A stretch of DNA of 52,957 nucleotides, filler included, from Streblomastix strix (taxonomy: Eukaryota): NCBI GenBank assembly GCA_008636045.1. It is 3 parts of 3 records of this genome, joined end to end, with 100 filler letters (N's around TTAATTAATTAA, not from the genome) between each part and the next. Parts side by side here need not be neighbours in the genome. Positions count along the whole stretch, not along the records: positions 35,380 to 52,957 come from SNRW01000693.1; 2 more parts are not named here. One strand, written 5' to 3'. Made by a program: the position numbers and the translations under genes. This document shows positions 45,601 to 52,957 of this stretch, piece by piece (the stretch's first letter is position 1; every line of letters starts with the position of its first letter). The notes under the pieces are model-generated. The model made no database searches. It was not told the origin of the DNA and saw only the letters and a program-made list of their open reading frames with translations.

Positions 45601-48600
45601 GCATGTGTAAATTAGGTGGGAAATACAATGATTGAAATTAATGTGGAGGAAGAATTGATATTGAAGGAGATTATTATGATGATTTATTTTATTATTAATT
45701 TTTAGGTTTGAATTTTGTTGATTTATTTAATTTTATTTCTTTTCCTTTTTTATTTTAAGGTTCATCTTCAATGTATTTTATTTTCTCTTCATTATTCATC
45801 AATAATTACAATTCTTCTTCTTTTTATTCTTTTATATACAAAGCAATATCATTAATATCATCATTAGCCTAATTAACGAATTACTTCATTTCTTCCTTCA
45901 AATCTTGCTTGTCTTTGTCAATATGATACTACATTGCATCTGACAATAAAGCTATGATATCTTCTGTTATTAATTGATCTCCTTGTTATTGATGCAATGA
46001 ATATGGATGTTGCAGATATGGTGGGTATGGTGGTGATTATATATTGGAAAGATTGATACTAATAATACAAGTATTTTCTTTACTCATATTTTTAGTATCT
46101 TCATTGTTATTATTATTATTAATTTAATGATTGGAAATCTTCTTGTCATTATTTTTTTAATAATTTTATTCAATTTATTCATTAAATTGCTATTACTATA
46201 TTATATTGCATGTTTATATAACAGTATTGATTAATCTTACACTTTCACTAACAATGTGAATATTGATTGTTTATGTTGATAATAATGATGAACATGCTTC
46301 AATGTATATTTAAGGATGAATATTAAACAATAATATAGAATGATCTTATTATTATGAAGATGAAGATTATATGGTATTAGAATATAATGATGAAGGAGAT
46401 GTAAATTATTTATTCATAGTTTAATCGTGTTTTTATTAAGTTTATGAATAATTTGTATATGAATTTGTAAAATTTGATGATTTTACTAGTGGTTGAGTTA
46501 AACTAATAAAATTATTGTTAATTTATTTATTATTCATAATATTATTGGGAGTTTATTGTTATTATATTTAAGATTATTATTATATTGTATGAATATTATT
46601 ATTATTTGTGTAAGAGTTCTAATATTATGAAACTTTTCTAACTAATGATGGAGAATTAACAATAAATTATTATATAGTTTATTGATCAATTTATTTCGAA
46701 GTTAGTTAAATTTATGGATTTGTATTATTAATTTCTTTATCTATATTAAATTAATCTTTATTTCTTTTTATTTATTTATTTTCTTTCTATTATTTGATAT
46801 AAACTTGTCTAATATTGTAATTAATGAAAACAATGCATCTTTACAAAAGAATTGAAGGAATGTTTATGTAAAGAGATTATTATTGTATTGATAGTAATGC
46901 AAGACAACTATCAATTAAAGTTGGAAGAAGTGGATTGTATTTTTCATTTAAGTTATTAAATTATTATTTATTAATACCTTATTCTATTTCATTATAACCT
47001 TAATTGGAATTTTAATTTTAATCTATGTAACTACTATAGTAAAATTTATCTTATATTAACACATATTATGATATATAATTCAACCTTCTAATAATTTCAT
47101 GCCATTCTTGTACACTATATTTCTATATATTAGTGCTTTAATTATTTGAATCATTATTATTAATTTATTCTTTCAATGCAAATAATTTTACTTCTTCAAA
47201 TTATTAATTTTCTTCATCTTTTTATTGCAATTCGTTGTTTTGTTATTAAACCAATAAAGCAATTCCTTATATGAATATCATAACTTATTTATTCTTATCA
47301 AGTTATAAAAACTTAGTTATGGATGGCATAGAAAATTATGATGATTATAATTATTATTATTCTATTAGTGATGATTATTATTATTTTTTATTAAGTGTAT
47401 TTTGTTATTCTTGTAATAAAATATTAACATTTGGAGATTTAGGAGGTCTTTTCGAATATTAATTCATTGAAGCATTATCTTTATTACTAATACTACTATA
47501 TTAATCTTTTTAATTCAATCTATTATTAATAAAATCAACCTTCTTATCCATATTTTCTGAATTTTGAAGCAGAGATTAATATTTTGATTCAGATTTTGAA
47601 TACGAATTTGGATACAGACGAATTGAGTTGGATTTAGGAAGATTAGGTGTGATGGATTTCTAATGTTATTTTATTTGTTATTTCTCCTATTATATAATTA
47701 ATGATTGTTCTTATTATTAAATTGAATTAATATTAGATAATGAATTATTATTAGATAATGAATGAGAGCGTGCATGTGAATGAAGATATTCATGTTTTTG
47801 CTCCTATTATTATGACTGTAATAACTATTATTATATTTATTATGTTGAATTCAAATGAATTGAAGGAGATGGGGTTCGAGATATTATTTATTATTAAGAT
47901 GATTATTATGATAATTTTTATGAAGATTATGATGATTAAGATTAACATCTTTGCATTAATTTATTCTTTGTATTTTCATATTTTTCTTTCAATTCTTGTT
48001 TAATTCTCTCTTTTTCAATTTCTTTTTCTTTTTGTTTCTTCATTTTCCATTCAATTTCTTTCATTCTTTCTGATTCTTTCTCTTTTTCTATATTTATTTT
48101 CTCTTATTCTTTTTCTTTCCTTATTTATTCTCGTTTTTCTTTATCTTTATTCCATTATTATTCTCGTTATTCCCTTTATTTCAATATTTATTCTTTCTCT
48201 TATTCTAATCTAAGTTTCTTCTCTTTTTCTTTTATTTCCTTTTCAATAGTGAGTTTAAAATTCTTAATTGAATTCTCTTTATTAATTTTTTAATGGCTTG
48301 ATTCTTAAGTCGTTTATAATTCATTGTTATTTTCTTTGTTTTATTCTAAATTATCTTATTTCAGTTCAATTTAATTGTTTATTTACTCTTATTAATCATT
48401 AAAATTAATTTCAATTTCAATTATTTAAGAGTCATCATGAATTTTTATTAAATTATCATCTTTTGTTTATATTTTATTTTGTTCTTTAATCATTTAATTA
48501 TTTTAATTTTATTCTTCAAATATTTAATCAATTTATATATTTTCTTATATATTTTAACTTTTATTTAATTCTTATTCATTATTTTCTAAGATATCATCCA

Positions 48601-51600
48601 ATTCTTACTTTTATTCAAATACTTTTATTTCTGATATATTTTTCTATTCATTATTAAATCTATCAATAGAAACTGGGGTTATAAGCGGATTCATTATTTA
48701 CTTTCTTTTAATCTATTCTAATAATGATTATGATTATATTTATTATTTCAATTATTATTATGAAGACGATAATATTTAAGATGATTATTATGATGAAGAT
48801 GATTTCTGAATTGATTATATTGAAGATGAAGAATATGAGGAAGAAGATTTTAATGAAGTTAAAGTGTTCTATAATTTAGAATTTGAAGAAATCAGTTATT
48901 TTAATATAGATGATCGTGGGCTATGATTGTTTTATTATATTTATTCTTAATGTTATTCATTCAAAATATCATTTTAATCTATTATTTCTTTATTATCAAT
49001 GATTTATTCTTATTAATCTTATTCTTAATAATCTTATTCGTAATCAATCTTATCTTTCTATTAATCAATTATTTTATTATTATCAATTTAATTTTCAATT
49101 TATTTTTATTCTGAGTTTAATATAGATGAATTGGTATTAAATATTAATAAAGAAGGAGATTAAATTGTTTATTATTACAATTATTAATCTGAATATTATT
49201 TATTCTCCTAATTAATATCATTATTTAAATTATCTTCATTATTATTATTACTATTTTATTATTCATTTTAATATGGAGAACTTGCAGACAAAGGTGTATA
49301 ACTAACAATTGGAGATGTATTATTTAGAGGTGAATTAAATTATTATTATGAGTAATTTATTGATGAATTTGAAGGTAATGAAGATGGAGTGGTATATAAT
49401 TATGAAGTAGAATGTAAAGGAGAAAAATATGATGATTATAATATTACTGAAGGTTATGGATTTAAGATTTATAAAAATTATGATTAGTTTTGATGTTATA
49501 TTGATTGTGATTATGATTATTCTATATGTTATTATTATTAATGCATTTATTATATTGGTAGTGACTGTTATTGTATTGACTATTAAAATGAAGAGGAAGT
49601 TCCTGGAGTAACAACTGATTGCAATATTGGAGAAAAGTAGCTTGATTATGATGATAGCGGAATATGTTATGAATGAGCTATTAATGTTTAAGGAGTATTG
49701 ATAAATTCGTTAATTAAAATTTCTCTTTATTAAGCTTGTTCCTTGTTATTTGTATTTTCATTTAATTGGTCTTTATATTTATCTATTTATTATTATTAAC
49801 ATTATTATTCATCTAACGCTCTTAAATTTGGTGTTTGTATATCAATATATGTAATTTCTTTCAATATTGATGTTGATGGAAGAACTTACAATGAATTATT
49901 TTACTATTCATTTATTTATTCCTAATCATTATGCAAATATAATTGTTATTATAATATTTCATCTTATTAATTTTATTCTTATTATTAATCAAATTTCAAT
50001 TAATCATTATTTTCTTAATTAATACTTTCTTCTCTCTTGACTTCATCATCATCTTCTACTAAAATTTAATTTTTGTTTTCTGTATATTTTAAACTAGTTT
50101 ATATAAGAGATGGAGTTTATCCAATAATTTCTATGAATTGTGATTTTGATGGAAGATCAATTGGAATATTTTATTATTATTATTATTCTTATTCCTGAAC
50201 TTATTCAATTTCTAAATCAGGTTCTTATTCCAAATCTTATTCTAATTCAAGATCTTATTCTAATTCTAAATATTACTGCAAATCTTATTCTTAATTATAT
50301 TTCAATGCTTATTCAAATATTTAGTTTTATTCAAGAGAATCTTTAAGAAGAGATTGAAATAATACTTTTTCTTATTCGTTATTATTATTATCATCATCAT
50401 TAATTTATAATTATTATTATTAACTTTCATTAGTAATATCAACTAATAATGAATCTGAAATAATAAGTGAAGGACTTTTAATCTGCATTAATTGTGATGA
50501 TAATGATTATGATTAAGATTAAGACTTTTATAATATCTGCTATTATTAATGTTATTATTATTATAAAATTTATTATGATTAAGATTATTGTTGCTATTAT
50601 TCTGATTATTATAATAACTCTTATTATGAATGTTATTATGAATGTTATTCTGGAGATAAAGTAGAAGTAACTAAAGGAGAAGATGATAAGCTATTATTTA
50701 AAAATAATTAATAATTAGGAGAAATAATTTATTATTAATCTGATTGTTCTTTAATTTATTATTCTTATTACTAATTCAATTATGGTTATAATTAACCATT
50801 AGAAGTAGATGAAATATCAGAAGGAGTTTATTGAATAGTATCAGAAATAGGAATTTGTTATTATTATTATGATGATGATTTATATTAATTATCATAAGAA
50901 GAATATATTAATTAATTATCATTAATAATTGGAGTATAATTATAATGTTGTATTGGAGAAGATTAAACTGGATATTATGGGGGTGATGATATTTGCATTT
51001 ATTTGATCAGTAATTATTAGGGAATTGGAAAATGATCTTAATTGTCTTATATTTATTCTAATTCATATTATTATTATTAATACTCTTTTTCAAATTATTA
51101 TTGTTATTCTTACTATACTTATATCACTAATTAATATTTATTTATCATTTCATTATTTTATACAATCTGATCATCTGATTCATTTTCGATTTTCTTTTCT
51201 TCTTCATTATTTTCATTATCAAATTCTTTTAATTCATTTATTAATTTATTTTGTTTATCTAATTAAAGTTTAGAATCATCATCTTTTTCAATACTATTTA
51301 ATTCTTCATTTATAATTTTCATTTATTGATATTATTCCTATTGTTAAAATTATTTCATTGATTATTATTGCATTGATTATTATTGCATTGGTTAATTCTT
51401 TATCTTTTTCTTCTTTCTAATTGTGTTAATGTTAATTTAGTTTTATTATTATTCTTCGTTCATTGTCATTTTCTTATTAAAATTAACTTTCAATTTATAC
51501 TCATTAAATTATTCTTCTTTAATAACAACGTTTTCTTTCAATTATTTTTATTTTTCTTTAGTTATAATTTAATTATTATTTTGAATTTAATCTATCTTTT

Positions 51601-51895
51601 TATCTTTTTCGGTTTATGATATTTTACTCTGGGAATTATATTTCAATTAATAACTATTATCAGTTGATTTTGTTTTGTGCAACTCTTTCAATGCATTCAA
51701 ATGTAAACCTGCTTCAGAAACATTAGATGTAGAAGGTTATCGAAAAATAGAACTATACGTATTCTTTTACTAATGTTGTTGGTTCAATTGAGTAGTTGAT
51801 TTTGAAATCTTAGAATTTTATTTTGTATTCTCTAACTCTTTTAACAAATGCGTTGAGCTTGAAACTAGCTTTTGAGAACTCTTCGATGATTTCAT
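39654..51895 (-). CDS. Giant (~4000 aa) apparently intronless Q/N/S-rich protein with interspersed helical globular segments
   Basis: ATG at 51895 (MKSSKSSQKLVSSSTHLLKEL). Sampled segments are open in code 6 and use TGG for Trp (YSVQEWHEIIRRL, IKWNLWLKQ, ESIWLPIS, TLWDSLIILL). Ends ...QNFQE TGA TTA TGA. Not every codon was checked. Confidence 0.75.
40082..40181. other. 100-N scaffold gap flanked by a duplicated ~127 bp (unmerged overlap)
   Basis: 39955-40081 is identical to 40182-40308. Confidence 0.9.
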
Positions 51896-52393
51896 GTTTA
51901 ATTCTGATTTAAATTAATAAAAATATTAAACATTATTATGCATTTTAATAATATTAGTAAAATTTTAATAAATTATTTAATTATTTAAACTTATGATGGC
52001 AAAAAAAGCTTTTAAATAATATAGAAATTTTTATTTGAAATTAAGTACAAAAGTAGTACTAAAAGTTTATTAAGAAATTATAAATAATTAAATATAATTT
52101 TGGAATTCTTATTAAAAGTTGAGTATATTAAAAATTAATATTCTGAAATTTAAGGGAAGCGCAATTTAGCAAAATGTGATTTTTTCTTCTGTTTTAAAAC
52201 TTTTTTTTAATCGTTATAAATAAATTATTTAATTTAAATTTTAATTTACATTTAAATTTAAGTAAATATACTAATTCAAACGTGATATATTAATTAATTC
52301 TTAATTTGAAAAAGTTCAAATTTAATTAGCATTTTTAAATTTTTTTTATGTATTATTAATCCTAAACATTAAATTGAACTATGTCTGAGCAAA

Positions 52394-52680
52394 AGGGGTA
52401 AGGTGGCAATGCAATTTTGGCCTGCCAGTCAATAAAAACTTCGTTTTTCAGTGAAATGAAAAATTTTCATTAATTATGATTAAATTGAATTTAACTGAAA
52501 CTAAATATTTAACAGTTAATGATATTTATAGGCCTGGACAAAAATAGCAAGCTGGCAATGCAATTTTGGTCTGCCAGACTGTAAAAAATTCTCTTGCCAA
52601 TACTTTAAAAAAGTATCATTTAATTTAACCTTTACCATTTGGGGAATTTCTTGGGGATATGGCAAAAATGAAAATCCCTA
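52394..52680. repeat. Two copies of a semi-palindromic motif ggcaatgcaattttgg(c/t)ctgccag, possibly a transposon end
   Basis: Copies at ~52405-52428 and ~52554-52577. The segment ends in ...aatcccta at 52680. Confidence 0.4.
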
Positions 52681-52837
52681 AACATCTCAAAGATACTCCT
52701 ATCGCTTATTCGAAGGCAAATAATATATATAGAACATAAGGAAAATTAAATTAGAATTTTAGAGGTCGTGTATTGAAGATGGAATTTTAGCTTTTTTTAT
52801 TTATTAGCAGTTTTGATTATAGCTTGATTTTACACAA

Positions 52838-52957
52838 ATGGATCTGTCAGCTCTTTTTATTGACTAGTCGATCCACTGCTACTTGCCAGTCCTGCACCAG
52901 CACCAAGTGCGCCACCAATGCCCGGATGGATCATTCCTACGGGGCCCGCTACCGTTG
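52838..52957 (+). CDS. Start of a GC-richer, possibly Pro/Ala-rich ORF (perhaps ORF1 of a retroelement), truncated by the window end
   Basis: Abrupt GC rise and ATG at 52838. The frame is ambiguous. Confidence 0.3.

Overview
Very AT-rich, intron-containing eukaryotic DNA in which TAA/TAG encode Gln (translation table 6), so the supplied ORF track is mostly misleading. Code and gene families resemble oxymonads such as Streblomastix (inference). The window is three contigs joined by artificial N44-TTAATTAATTAA-N44 linkers (17601-17700, 35280-35379). Main find: what looks like one 4.5-kb intron of a SPRY/B30.2-like gene (1312-5857) is a tandem array of ~200-bp units. Each unit holds a 3' splice site, exactly 3 variable nucleotides and a 5' splice site, giving 22 candidate 3-nt microexons at a phase-1 junction. 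Every subset of them keeps the frame open and stop-free, which suggests combinatorial diversification of one protein loop. Also present: two giant Q/N-rich ORFs, a decayed Polinton/virophage-like element (pPolB, primase-helicase, AT-hook protein, rve integrase), a triplicated C2HC zinc-finger gene, a MITE, a DIRS tyrosine recombinase, a ubiquitin-like fusion ending in -CC, a full-length Tc1 with an intron and IR/DR ends, and recurrent in-frame TGA codons that are either Trp readthrough or decay. All translations were done by eye and no searches were run.
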